DNA of 32,000 nucleotides from Mycolicibacterium smegmatis (GCF_001457595.1 NZ_LN831039.1:3090001-3122000); one strand, 5' to 3'. Counted from the stretch's first letter, positions 10,241 through 18,944 are shown. The notes: a model not told the origin generated them from the letters alone. A program made the numbers and translations.

Positions 10241-10278
10241 ACATCCAATCAGATTGGCCGAACATGGATGTTTCTACA
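10241..10278. promoter_or_regulatory. Palindromic elements between PucR and the NCS1 permease (candidate PucR operator/promoter)
   Basis: ACATCC(10241-10246)...GGATGT(10266-10271) enclosing CCAATC-A-GATTGG (10245-10257), followed by ATGGATGTTTCTACA (10264-10278). Confidence 0.5.
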
Positions 10279-10336
10279 CTCGATCGTAGATCTGTGGCGG
10301 TGTTTCGATGGGCCCAATCGACGAGAAGGAGCCACG

Positions 10337-11758
10337 ATGTCCACCCGTCCCATAGAACCCGTCGCAGCTGGTGATGATTCCCCGCCCGAACAATCGGCAG
10401 CGGTGCCGTTCGACGCGCACGGTATCGAACCCATCGCGCCGACAGACCGGGACTGTTCTCCCGCCGAACTGTTCTGGATCTGGTGCGGCGCCAACATCGC
10501 GCCCATCAACTGGGTGCTCGGCGCGCTCGGGATCACGCTGGGATTGAGCCTGGTCGAGACGTTGATCGTCGTCGCGGTCGGAAACCTGCTGGGCTGCGCG
10601 GTTTTCGGCGTCTTCAACGTGATCGGGCACCGCACCGCGGTCAACCAGATGGTGCTCGGCCGGGCCCCGTTCGGGCGCATGGGCGCACGCATCCCGGGAC
10701 TGGTGCAGTTCCTGCTCACCATGGGATGGGTCGGGGTCAACACCTGGGTGGTGCTGGACCTGGTGCTCGCGGTGTTCGCCGAGTTCGGCGTCACCGGCGG
10801 ATTGTGGCTGGAAGTGGTTGTGGCAGCGGGCATCATGGTGATCCAGCTCGCGTTGGCGCTGTACGGCTTCTACGCGATCCGCAGCTTCGAGAAGTACACG
10901 GTACCCGCCACGGCCGTGGTGATGGCCGTGATGACGGCGCTGGCCTTCGCGGCGACCGACGTGCAGTGGTCGCTGGCCGGGCACGCGATGACTGCGGGCG
11001 AGAAGTTCACCGCCGTAACCCAATTGCTGACCGCCATCGGCATCGGCTGGGGTCTGACGTGGATTCCGTACGCATCGGACTACAGCCGGTTTGTCCGCGT
11101 CGGCGCGTCGTCGCGGTCGGTGTTCTGGGCGTCGTCACTCGGCATGTACGTCCCGACGGTGTGGCTCGCCGCGGTCGGCGCCTGCCTGGCCAGCGCCGGA
11201 ACCGGCAGTGATCCGTCAGCTCTCGTGGTGAGCACCTTCGGCATCATGGCCGTTCCCGTGCTGCTCCTGCTGGTGCACGGCCCGATCGCCACCAACATCC
11301 TCAACCTCTACTCGTGCTCGCTGGCGGCGCTGTCGATCGGTGTGCGGATGACACGGTGGAAGGTCACGCTGCTGGCCGGTGCCGTCGCATCCGTGGTGCT
11401 CGCGGTGTTCGTGCAGGCCGACAGCTTTGCGCATGCGTTCGACAACTGGCTGGTGTCGATCCTGGTGTGGATCAGCCCGTGGGCGGCGATCATGCTCGTC
11501 GACTACGTCGTCCTGCGCCGCGGTGCGCTCGATGTGACCTCGCTGTACCGGGAGGATTCCGCGCGGTGGAACCACGCCGGACTGGTGAGCCTCGCGGTGG
11601 GCATCGTTGCGGGCTGGTCGTGGCAGTACGGCCTGGTGCCCGCCATGCAGGGCCCTATCGCGACGTCGTTCGGCAACACCGACTTCTCGTGGCTCTCAGG
11701 AAGTCTCGTGGCCGGCGGGCTGTACTGGGTGCTGCGCAGGCGGGCCACCGGCCGCTGA
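10337..11758 (+). CDS. NCS1 family nucleobase:cation symporter (purine/cytosine/allantoin permease-like)
   Basis: MSTRPIEPVAAGDD...; PSORT-like visual pattern of about 12 hydrophobic segments. FWIWCGANIAPINWVLGALG, LTWIPYASDYSRF, WISPWAAIMLVDYVVLRRG and SLYRED are typical of NCS1. RBS-like GAAGGAG precedes the ATG at 10337. Confidence 0.88.
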   Translation: MSTRPIEPVAAGDDSPPEQSAAVPFDAHGIEPIAPTDRDCSPAELFWIWCGANIAPINWVLGALGITLGLSLVETLIVVAVGNLLGCAVFGVFNVIGHRTAVNQMVLGRAPFGRMGARIPGLVQFLLTMGWVGVNTWVVLDLVLAVFAEFGVTGGLWLEVVVAAGIMVIQLALALYGFYAIRSFEKYTVPATAVVMAVMTALAFAATDVQWSLAGHAMTAGEKFTAVTQLLTAIGIGWGLTWIPYASDYSRFVRVGASSRSVFWASSLGMYVPTVWLAAVGACLASAGTGSDPSALVVSTFGIMAVPVLLLLVHGPIATNILNLYSCSLAALSIGVRMTRWKVTLLAGAVASVVLAVFVQADSFAHAFDNWLVSILVWISPWAAIMLVDYVVLRRGALDVTSLYREDSARWNHAGLVSLAVGIVAGWSWQYGLVPAMQGPIATSFGNTDFSWLSGSLVAGGLYWVLRRRATGR

Positions 11759-11763
11759 AGCGG

Positions 11764-12795
11764 TCAGTCGAGGCTTGCCTCGGTGATCGTCACCGGTTCG
11801 GCGGGAGGGCCGTCGTCCCCGCCATCGGCGACGCCGGCCGAGGCGATCGCGTCGAGGGTGCGCAATCCGGTGCGGTCCACCTCCCCGAACACCGTGTAGG
11901 TCGGCGGAAGCGGGGAGTCCTGGTAGACGAGGAAGAACTGGCTGCCGTTGCTGCCCGGCCCCGCGTTGGCGGTGGCCACGGTGCCGCGCGGGTACACGAC
12001 CGGTGTGCGCAGCGCGGGATCGGAGAGCCGTTACTGGTTGGTCGGGTACTCGTTGGCGAACCGGTAGCCCGGCCCGCCGGTGCCCTTGCCCGTCGGGTCA
12101 CCGCACTGCAGCACCGCCATCTGACCGGTGGAGAGCCGATGGCACGGGGTGTTGTCGTAGAAGCCCTGCTGCGCGAGGCTCGCGAAACTGTTGACGGTGC
12201 ACGGTGATCGGCCGTTGGCCAGCCGGAGACCGATGCTGCCGTGGTTGGTGCGGATGCCGGCCGACACCGTCGCGGGTTCGGTCGGCACGGTGCCGGTGCG
12301 GGGCGGCCTGGCCGGTTTCGCGGCCGGTTCGGTGGTGGGCGGGTACTGGCAGTCGAGACCCAGATTGGGTGGCGGGTCGAACGCCGGCAGCGCGTTCTGG
12401 GGCGCCGCGTCGTACGTCGGGCCGCCGGGGCGGCGATCGACGGTCTGCACCGCGGCCATCGTGAGCAGGATCGACACGATCACGGCGACCACGGTGAGCA
12501 CGGTGAACACGTAACTGATCACCAGGCCCGCGATCGCCAGGCTGCGGCCCTGCTCACCCGTGCGCTTGATCTGCGACAGCGAGAGGTGCCCGAAAACGAT
12601 GCCCGCGGGTGCGAACAGGAACGCGCACACCAGCGCCGCGATTGCCATGCCGTTGGTCCGCGGTGGCGGCGGATGTGCACCCGGATATCCGCCGGACCAC
12701 CCACCCGGATACCCGGGCACAGGGCCCGGGTGGTCCGGTTGGTAGCCGCCATAGGGCGGCGGATACGGCGTGGGCTCGTTCGGCGGAAAGGTCAC
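11764..12795 (-). pseudogene. Cyclophilin-type peptidyl-prolyl cis-trans isomerase (membrane-anchored), interrupted by one in-frame TAA at 12031-12033
   Basis: ORFs 12031..12795 (-) and 11764..11997 (-) lie in the same frame. They join as ...FANEYPTNQ-[TAA]-RLSDPALRTPVVYPRGTVATANAGPGSNGSQFFLVYQDS..., where the adjacent intact paralogue reads ...FANEYPTNQYQPDNPALQQPVVYPRGTVAMANAGPGTNGSQFFLVYQDS.... Confidence 0.75.
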
Positions 12796-12813
12796 TGATC
12801 AGGTCGGTCCGGG

Positions 12814-13677
12814 TCAGTCCAGCGCGACGGACTTGAGCTCGACGTCCAGCGCGGGCTTTCCGTCGGGTCCGCCGCCCTCGACGCCGCCCGCGGCGATCTT
12901 GTCGAGCGTCGCCAGGCCGGTCTCGTCGATCTTGCCGAACACGGTGTAGTTCGGCGGCAGCTGCGAGTCCTGGTAGACGAGGAAGAACTGGCTGCCGTTG
13001 GTCCCGGGACCGGCGTTGGCCATCGCGACCGTGCCGCGCGGGTACACCACTGGCTGCTGCAGCGCCGGGTTGTCCGGCTGGTACTGGTTTGTCGGGTACT
13101 CGTTGGCGAACTGGTAGCCGGGGCCGCCCGTGCCGGTGCCCGTCGGGTCACCGCACTGCAGCACCGACAGCCCGCCCGTGGTGAGGCGGTGGCACGGGGT
13201 GTCGTTGAAGTAGTCCTTGGCGGCCAGGCTCGCGAAGCTGTTCACCGTGCAGGGCGCCTTGGCGTTGTCGAGCTGCAGCCCGATGTTGCCCTGCGTGGTG
13301 ACCATGCTGACGCTGATGGTCGCCGGGTCCGTCGGCACCTTGCCCGAGCGCGGCGGCTCCACGGGCTTGCTGGCCTCGCCCGCGGCCGGGTACTGGCAGT
13401 TGGCGCCCAGATCGGCGGGCGCGACGAACGGGGGCAGCTGACCGTCGGCGGCCGGCTCCGCGGCCTCGCTGGAGGTCGCGGCCGAGGCGGTCGTGTCTCC
13501 GCCGCCGTCCTTGTCGGTGATCACCAACGTGGTGATGACGGCACCGATGACGAGCACTGCCACCACTGAACCCGCAATGGTCAAGATGCGCTGCTTGCGT
13601 GCCCTGGCGGCGCGACGCTCCAGCTGGCGTTCGAGCTTGCGCTTGGCCGTCGCACGCCGTTGTTCGTTGGTCGGCAC
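12814..13677 (-). CDS. ppiB: Cyclophilin-type peptidyl-prolyl cis-trans isomerase B (membrane-anchored)
   Basis: GTG start at 13677 (VPTNEQRRATAKRKLERQLERRAARARKQR then a TM segment). Cyclophilin domain with FHRL-like CHRLTTGGLSVLQCGDPTGTGTGGPGYQFANE and GSQFFLVYQDSQLPPNYTVFG. Confidence 0.9.
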   Translation of the reverse strand: MPTNEQRRATAKRKLERQLERRAARARKQRILTIAGSVVAVLVIGAVITTLVITDKDGGGDTTASAATSSEAAEPAADGQLPPFVAPADLGANCQYPAAGEASKPVEPPRSGKVPTDPATISVSMVTTQGNIGLQLDNAKAPCTVNSFASLAAKDYFNDTPCHRLTTGGLSVLQCGDPTGTGTGGPGYQFANEYPTNQYQPDNPALQQPVVYPRGTVAMANAGPGTNGSQFFLVYQDSQLPPNYTVFGKIDETGLATLDKIAAGGVEGGGPDGKPALDVELKSVALD

Positions 13678-13845
13678 TGCGGGCGTCCTCCTCGTTCTCC
13701 GGTCTCGGTGGTGGATCGGTCGGCAACGAGTGTGCCAGGCGATGCTGAGTGCAGGGCTTTTGACCCGCGGCAACCACCGGGATGTTTGCGATGCGAAAAC
13801 CGCCCGCGCCGTCGGGGACCTCCGGCGGCATGGGAAACTGGCAGT

Positions 13846-14523
13846 GTGTTGATCACCGGTTTTCCGGCCGGGATGCTGGCGTGCAACTGTTACGTGCTGG
13901 CCGAGCGTCCCGGGTCCGACGCGATCGTGGTCGATCCCGGCCAACGCGCGATGGGCCCGTTGCGCGAGATCCTCGACGAACACCGCCTCACCCCGGCTGC
14001 GGTCCTGCTGACACACGGCCACATCGATCACATCTGGTCGGCGCAGAAGGTCGCCGACACCTACGGCTGCCCGGCCTACATCCATCCCGAGGACCGGTTC
14101 ATGCTCACCGACCCGGTCAAGGCGTTCGGGCGGGGTTTGATCGGGGGGCTGGGGCGGCTGGCGTTCGGCGCGCTGTTCAGCGAGCCAAGGCAGCTCGTCG
14201 AACTGGAGCGCGACGGTGAAACGGTCGGTTTCGGCGGCATCGCCGTCACCGTCGACCACACTCCGGGTCACACCAGGGGCTCGGTCGTGTTCCGGGTGGC
14301 CGACGGTGATCGGGATCTCGTCTTCACGGGCGATACGCTGTTCCGGTCCTCGGTGGGCCGCACCGACCTACCCGGGGGCAGCGGGCGTGACCTGCTCGGA
14401 TCGATCGTGACAAAACTGTTGGTGCTCGAGGACGACGCCGTGGTACTACCGGGCCACGGCCCGAAGACGACCATCGGGCACGAACGCCGCACCAACCCAT
14501 TCCTCGAAGGTTTGACTCTGTGA
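13846..14523 (+). CDS. MBL-fold metallo-hydrolase (glyoxalase II-like, Rv2581c-type)
   Basis: [32 protein letters not shown]...[28 protein letters not shown]: HxHxDH motif. GTG start at 13846. GTGA overlap with hisS. Confidence 0.9.
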   Translation: MLITGFPAGMLACNCYVLAERPGSDAIVVDPGQRAMGPLREILDEHRLTPAAVLLTHGHIDHIWSAQKVADTYGCPAYIHPEDRFMLTDPVKAFGRGLIGGLGRLAFGALFSEPRQLVELERDGETVGFGGIAVTVDHTPGHTRGSVVFRVADGDRDLVFTGDTLFRSSVGRTDLPGGSGRDLLGSIVTKLLVLEDDAVVLPGHGPKTTIGHERRTNPFLEGLTL

Positions 14524-15800
14524 CTGAAGGTTCTTCGCCCGTCGCGTTCCAGGCGCCCAAGGGTGTGCCCGACTATCTGCCCCCGGACTCCGCGCAGTTC
14601 GTGGCGGTCCGCGACGGCCTGTTGTCCGCGGCGCGGCGTGCCGGCTACGGCGACATCGAGCTGCCGATCTTCGAGGACACCGCGCTGTTCGCACGCGGCG
14701 TGGGGGAGTCCACCGACGTCGTCTCGAAGGAGATGTACACCTTTGCCGACCGCGGCGACCGGTCGGTGACCCTGCGTCCCGAGGGCACGGCCGGGGTGAT
14801 CCGCGCCGTCATCCAGCATCGGCTGGACCGCGGCGCGCTTCCGGTCAAGCTCTGCTACTCGGGGCCGTTCTTCCGCTACGAGCGCCCGCAGGCCGGCCGC
14901 TACCGCCAGCTGCAGCAGGTCGGCGTCGAGGCGATCGGCGTGGACGATCCCGCGCTCGACGCCGAGGTGATCGCCGTGGCCGACGCGGGCTTCCGCTCGC
15001 TGGGGCTGTCCGGGTTCCGGTTGGAGATCACGTCGCTGGGCGATGACACGTGCCGTCCCGCCTATCGTGAGCTGCTGCAGGAGTTCCTGTTCAAACTGGA
15101 CCTGGACGAGGAGACCCGGCGCCGCGCCGAGATCAACCCGCTGCGCGTGCTCGACGACAAGCGGCCCCACGTCCGCGAGATGACGGCCGACGCGCCGCTC
15201 ATGCTCGACCACCTGTCGGACTCGGCCAAAGAGCACTTCGAGACCGTGCAGACCTACCTCGACGCGCTCGGCGTGCCGTACGTCATCAACCCGCGGATGG
15301 TGCGTGGCCTGGACTACTACACCAAGACGACGTTCGAGTTCGTCCACGACGGGCTCGGCGCCCAGTCCGGTATCGGCGGCGGTGGCCGCTACGACGGGCT
15401 CATGCGTCAGCTCGGCGGGCAGGACGTCTCGGGCATCGGCTTCGGCCTCGGCGTCGACCGGACCCTGCTCGCGCTGCAGGCCGAGGGCGTGACGATCGAG
15501 GGCGCGGGCGGCGTCGAGGTGTTCGGTGTGCCCCTCGGTGCGGCCGCCAAGCTCGAGCTGGCCAAGCTCGCGGCGAAGCTGCGTGCCGGCGGTGCCCGCG
15601 TGGACCTGGCCTACGGCGACCGCGGTCTCAAAGGCGCGATGAAGGCCGCCGACCGCTCCGGCGCCAAGTACGCCCTCGTGGCAGGCGACCGCGACATCGA
15701 GGCAGGCACCGTCGGGCTCAAGGATCTGTCCACCGGCGACCAGATCGACGTCCCCGCAGATTCCGTTGTCGCCGAGGTGCTTTCCCGCCTCGGTCGGTAG
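14520..15800 (+). CDS. hisS: Histidyl-tRNA synthetase
   Basis: [58 protein letters not shown] and [32 protein letters not shown] are class II HisRS motifs 1 and 2 and His-A motifs. Confidence 0.97.
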   Translation: MTEGSSPVAFQAPKGVPDYLPPDSAQFVAVRDGLLSAARRAGYGDIELPIFEDTALFARGVGESTDVVSKEMYTFADRGDRSVTLRPEGTAGVIRAVIQHRLDRGALPVKLCYSGPFFRYERPQAGRYRQLQQVGVEAIGVDDPALDAEVIAVADAGFRSLGLSGFRLEITSLGDDTCRPAYRELLQEFLFKLDLDEETRRRAEINPLRVLDDKRPHVREMTADAPLMLDHLSDSAKEHFETVQTYLDALGVPYVINPRMVRGLDYYTKTTFEFVHDGLGAQSGIGGGGRYDGLMRQLGGQDVSGIGFGLGVDRTLLALQAEGVTIEGAGGVEVFGVPLGAAAKLELAKLAAKLRAGGARVDLAYGDRGLKGAMKAADRSGAKYALVAGDRDIEAGTVGLKDLSTGDQIDVPADSVVAEVLSRLGR

Positions 15801-15957
15801 CTTTTCGTTGCACTTTGGCGGCGGCGGGGGTGTTTCGTTGCACCGCGAGCGTGCGTGTCTGCTGCCCGCCACGCCGCAGATCAGTAGCAGTTCGCGCACG
15901 CTCGTGCATGGTGAACGTGCGCTGAGTGCCGGTGATCCGAGTGGGGCAGCGGTCTGC

Positions 15958-16054
15958 TCGCCGTTTGTGACGCCACGGCGGTGGATCGCGCTCGGGACCG
16001 CCACTGCGTTACGCGCGGCGAAGCTGATGCACGCTCACGCGCGGTGAGCGTGCG
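15958..16054 (+). repeat. 97-bp direct repeat, copy 1
   Basis: TCGCCGTTTGTGACGCCACGGCGGTGGATCGCGCTCGGGACCGCCACTGCGTTACGCGCGGCGAAGCTGATGCACGCTCACGCGCGGTGAGCGTGCG; 3 mismatches to copy 2. Confidence 0.9.
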
Positions 16055-16100
16055 GGCGGCGGCTCGTAACTGGTTGAGGCCAGCCTCGCTTGGCTTCTGG

Positions 16101-16197
16101 TCGCCGTTCGTAACGCCACGGCGGTGGATCGCGCTCGGGACCGCCACTGTGTTACGCGCGGCGAAGCTGATGCACGCTCACGCGCGGTGAGCGTGCG
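16101..16197 (+). repeat. 97-bp direct repeat, copy 2 (period 143 bp)
   Basis: TCGCCGTTCGTAACGCCACGGCGGTGGATCGCGCTCGGGACCGCCACTGTGTTACGCGCGGCGAAGCTGATGCACGCTCACGCGCGGTGAGCGTGCG. Each copy ends in a hairpin GCACGCTCAC-gcgcg-GTGAGCGTGC. Confidence 0.9.
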
Positions 16198-16315
16198 CGC
16201 ACTGCTGACCGCGAGCGGCGTGTCGTGCGGCAGACATGCACGCTCGCGGTGCAAAGCAAACAGCCGGACCCGACGCCGCGGCCGCGATCCGCGATGCGAA
16301 GCAAGCCAGTAGGGC

Positions 16316-17008
16316 TCAGATCGCCATGGCGGCGCGGACATCGGCTTCGGAGGCCGAGCCGCCGGTGCCGCTCGATGTGATGCGCCCGGCCTCGAGGATG
16401 TAGTAGCGCTGGGCGGATTCGAGCGCGAACCCGATGTGCTGCTCGACGAGCAGGACGCCGAGGTCGCCGCGTGAGGTGAGTGCGGTGATGGCGGCCTCGA
16501 TCTCGGCGACGACCGACGGCTGGATGCCCTCGGTGGGCTCGTCGAGGATCAGCGTCTTGGGGCTCGTGATGAGCGCACGCGCGATGGCCAACTGCTGGCG
16601 CTGGCCACCCGAGAGCAGGCCGGCGCGCCGGTTGAGTAGCTCCTTGAGCGCCGGGAACAGGTCGAGCTGTTCGGCGATCAGCGCCTTGCCGTTCTTGCGG
16701 CCGTCGGCCACCACCTGCAGGTTCTCGGCCGTGGTGAGCTGGCCGAACGACTGCTGCCCCTGCGGCACGTACGCCAGTCCGCGGGCCACGCGGGCACTCG
16801 GCCGCAGCTTGGTGATGTCCTCACCGTCGAAAAGCACCTTGCCCGAAGTGCATTTGAGCAGACCGACGGCCGCGCGCAGCAGCGTGGTCTTGCCCGCACC
16901 GTTGTGGCCCATCACCGCGGCGACCCCGTCCGAGGGCACCTCGATGCCGGCACCGTGGATCACCTCGGAGCGGCCGTAGCCGGTGTGGACGTCGACGAGT
17001 TCGAGCAT
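16316..17008 (-). CDS. urtE: Urea-type ABC transporter ATP-binding protein
   Basis: MLELVDVHTGYGRSEVIHGAGIEVPSDGVAAVMGHNGAGKTTLLRAAVG; Walker A, LSGGQRQQLAIARAL and Walker B LILDEPTEG. Last gene of the urtABCDE-like run. Confidence 0.9.
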   Translation of the reverse strand: MLELVDVHTGYGRSEVIHGAGIEVPSDGVAAVMGHNGAGKTTLLRAAVGLLKCTSGKVLFDGEDITKLRPSARVARGLAYVPQGQQSFGQLTTAENLQVVADGRKNGKALIAEQLDLFPALKELLNRRAGLLSGGQRQQLAIARALITSPKTLILDEPTEGIQPSVVAEIEAAITALTSRGDLGVLLVEQHIGFALESAQRYYILEAGRITSSGTGGSASEADVRAAMAI

Positions 17009-17820
17009 CAGGCGATCCCTTCCGCACCGGCCGCGGCCGTGCCCAGATAGACCTCTTGCACCTTCGGATTGGCCTGCACCTCGGCGACCGTGCCCTCGGC
17101 GATCACCTGACCGCGGGCCAGCACGGTCACCGACGTGGCGAATGCGCGCATGAAGTCCATGTCGTGTTCGACGACGACGACGGTGCGGGCACCGCCGATG
17201 CGCCGCAGCAGATTTCCGGTCTCCTCACGCTCCTCGTGGCTCATCCCGGCGACGGGTTCGTCGAGCAGGAGCACGTCGGCGTTCTGCACCAGCAGCATGC
17301 CGATCTCCAGCCACTGTTTCTGACCGTGCGCGAGCACGCCCGCGGGCTTGTCGGCCAGATCGGCCAGGCCCGTGGTCTCCAGCGCCTCCTCGATGGACGG
17401 CAGCACCCCGCGGCGGCGCCGCAGCAGCGACCACGGTGAGCGGCCCGCACCCGCGGCGATGTCGAGATTCTGCAGCACCGTGAGTTGTTCGAAGACGCTT
17501 GCGGTCTGGAAGGTACGGCCGACGCCGAGGCGGGCGATCTGGTGCACCTTCTTGCCGAGCAGTTCCGCGCCGGACTTGTTGACCGACCCGGTGGCAGGCA
17601 CCAGACCGGTGATGGCGTCGATCACGGTGGTCTTGCCTGCGCCGTTGGGGCCGATCAGGAAGCGCAGATCGCCCTGGAACAGCGTGAGGTCGACGCCGTT
17701 GACGGCCTTGAAGCCGTCGAAATCCACGGTGAGGCCACGTACTTCGAGGTATTCGGCCCCCATGCCTGCGTTGCCGCCCGCGACGGGTTCCTTCTCGGCG
17801 GTGGGTTCGGTATCGGTCAT
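17008..17820 (-). CDS. urtD: Urea-type ABC transporter ATP-binding protein
   Basis: MTDTEPTAEKEPVAGG...LEVRGLTVDFDGFKAVNGVDLTLFQGDLRFLIGPNGAGKTTVIDAITGL. ATG at 17820. 'DLRFLIGPNGAGKTT' is characteristic of UrtD. Confidence 0.9.
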   Translation of the reverse strand: MTDTEPTAEKEPVAGGNAGMGAEYLEVRGLTVDFDGFKAVNGVDLTLFQGDLRFLIGPNGAGKTTVIDAITGLVPATGSVNKSGAELLGKKVHQIARLGVGRTFQTASVFEQLTVLQNLDIAAGAGRSPWSLLRRRRGVLPSIEEALETTGLADLADKPAGVLAHGQKQWLEIGMLLVQNADVLLLDEPVAGMSHEEREETGNLLRRIGGARTVVVVEHDMDFMRAFATSVTVLARGQVIAEGTVAEVQANPKVQEVYLGTAAAGAEGIA

Positions 17821-18944
17821 GACGCGGCACCTACCTTCTCGGCGTCGGGATCGCTGTCGGTGGTGGGCTCGGCGTCGGGTCCCGGCGGCGTCGGATCGGG
17901 CTTGTTGCGTCGCCAACGACGCAGCGCCACACCGAGACCCGCGAGTCCGGCCGGGAAGAAGCCGACGACGACGATGAACAGCAGGCCCTGCGCATAGGTC
18001 CACTCCGACGGGAAGCGTTCGGAGAACAGGGTTTGCGCCCACGCCACGCCGATGGCTCCCAGCACGGGGCCCAGCAGTGTGGTGCGCCCACCGATGGCCA
18101 CGCCGATCAGGAACGCGATCGACGGGATGATGCCCACCTGCGACGGTGCGATGAACCCGACGATCGGCGTGAACAGCGCACCGGCGATGCTCGCGAACAA
18201 CGCTGCCAGCGTGTACGCGACCACCTTGATGTTGGCGGGGTCGTAGCCGAGGAAGCGCACGCGCTCCTCGCCGTCGCGCACCGCGACCAGCAGCTCGCCG
18301 TACCGGCTGTACATGAGTTGGCGGACGACGGCGACGACGATCAGAAGCGTTGCGGCGGCGATGAAGTACAGCATCCGCTTGTTCACCGGATCGTTGAGCG
18401 TGAACCCGAAGAACGTGCGGAAGTTGTTCAACCCGTTGCTGCCACCCAGGCTGGTCTGCCCGACGAGCAGGATCGCCAAAGCGGCCGCGAGCGCCTGCGA
18501 CAGGATCGCGAAATAGGCGCCCTTGACCCGTCGTTTGAACACGCCGAGACCCAGAAGTGCGGCGATACCGGCCGGGATGACCAGGATGGCCAACAGGGTG
18601 AAGACGGGGGAGGCGAACGGCGTCCAGTAGCCGGGCAATTCGCGCACGCCGGCGATCTGCATGAAGTCCGGCACCGCCTGGTGGCGGATCTCGGCGTCGG
18701 CGATCTTGAGGTGCATGCCCATCATGTAGCCGCCGAGGCCGAAGAACACGCCCTGGCCCAGAACCAGCATTCCGCCTCGGCCCCAGGCCAATCCGATACC
18801 CACCGCGACGATCGCAAAGCACAGGAACTTGCCCAGCAGGCTGAGCCGGAAGTCCGACAACACGGCCGGGGCCACGCCGAACAACAGCACCGCCGCGACC
18901 GCGAAGCCGGCCCACGTCTGCCAGCGACCGAGCATGGTTCTCAT
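17817..18944 (-). CDS. urtC: Urea-type ABC transporter permease
   Basis: MRTMLGRWQTWAGFAVAAVLLFG...LCFAIVAVGIGLAWGRGGMLVLGQGVFFGLGGYMMGMHLK. LivM-type permease. ATG at 18944 inside the ORF track 17817..19367; overlaps urtD by 4 nt. Confidence 0.9.
   Translation of the reverse strand: MRTMLGRWQTWAGFAVAAVLLFGVAPAVLSDFRLSLLGKFLCFAIVAVGIGLAWGRGGMLVLGQGVFFGLGGYMMGMHLKIADAEIRHQAVPDFMQIAGVRELPGYWTPFASPVFTLLAILVIPAGIAALLGLGVFKRRVKGAYFAILSQALAAALAILLVGQTSLGGSNGLNNFRTFFGFTLNDPVNKRMLYFIAAATLLIVVAVVRQLMYSRYGELLVAVRDGEERVRFLGYDPANIKVVAYTLAALFASIAGALFTPIVGFIAPSQVGIIPSIAFLIGVAIGGRTTLLGPVLGAIGVAWAQTLFSERFPSEWTYAQGLLFIVVVGFFPAGLAGLGVALRRWRRNKPDPTPPGPDAEPTTDSDPDAEKVGAAS

Larger units (their letters stand above)
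15838..16254. repeat. Intergenic compound repeat: 40-bp imperfect terminal inverted repeats (36/40) enclosing two 97-bp direct repeats
   Basis: Left arm 15838-15877 TTGCACCGCGAGCGTGCGTGTCTGCTGCCCGCCACGCCGC. Right arm is the reverse complement of 16215-16254, TTGCACCGCGAGCGTGCATGTCTGCCGCACGACACGCCGC. Convergent intergenic gap between hisS and urtE. Confidence 0.8.

Noticed and set aside
12031-12033. Programmed recoding (selenocysteine/pyrrolysine) at the cyclophilin stop
   Set aside because: The codon is TAA, which is not used for Sec (TGA) or Pyl (TAG). Simple nonsense mutation or sequence error is more likely.
13678-14271. N-terminal extension of the intact cyclophilin ORF (12814..14271)
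   Set aside because: It runs antisense through the MBL-hydrolase gene. The GTG at 13677 gives the expected charged head plus TM segment.
15958-16197. CRISPR array interpretation of the repeated units after hisS
   Set aside because: Only two 97-bp repeats with a 46-bp separator, no short regular repeats and no cas genes.
15881-16341. Small ORFs across the hisS-urtE gap (88, 69, 110, 93, 62 aa)
   Set aside because: They derive from the direct repeats themselves (for example MDRARDRHCVTRGEADARSRAVSVR appears twice) with no credible RBS or domain.
17821-18915. Long N-terminal extension of the urtD ORF (17008..18915)
   Set aside because: It overlaps UrtC in another frame; ATG at 17820 gives a standard UrtD start.
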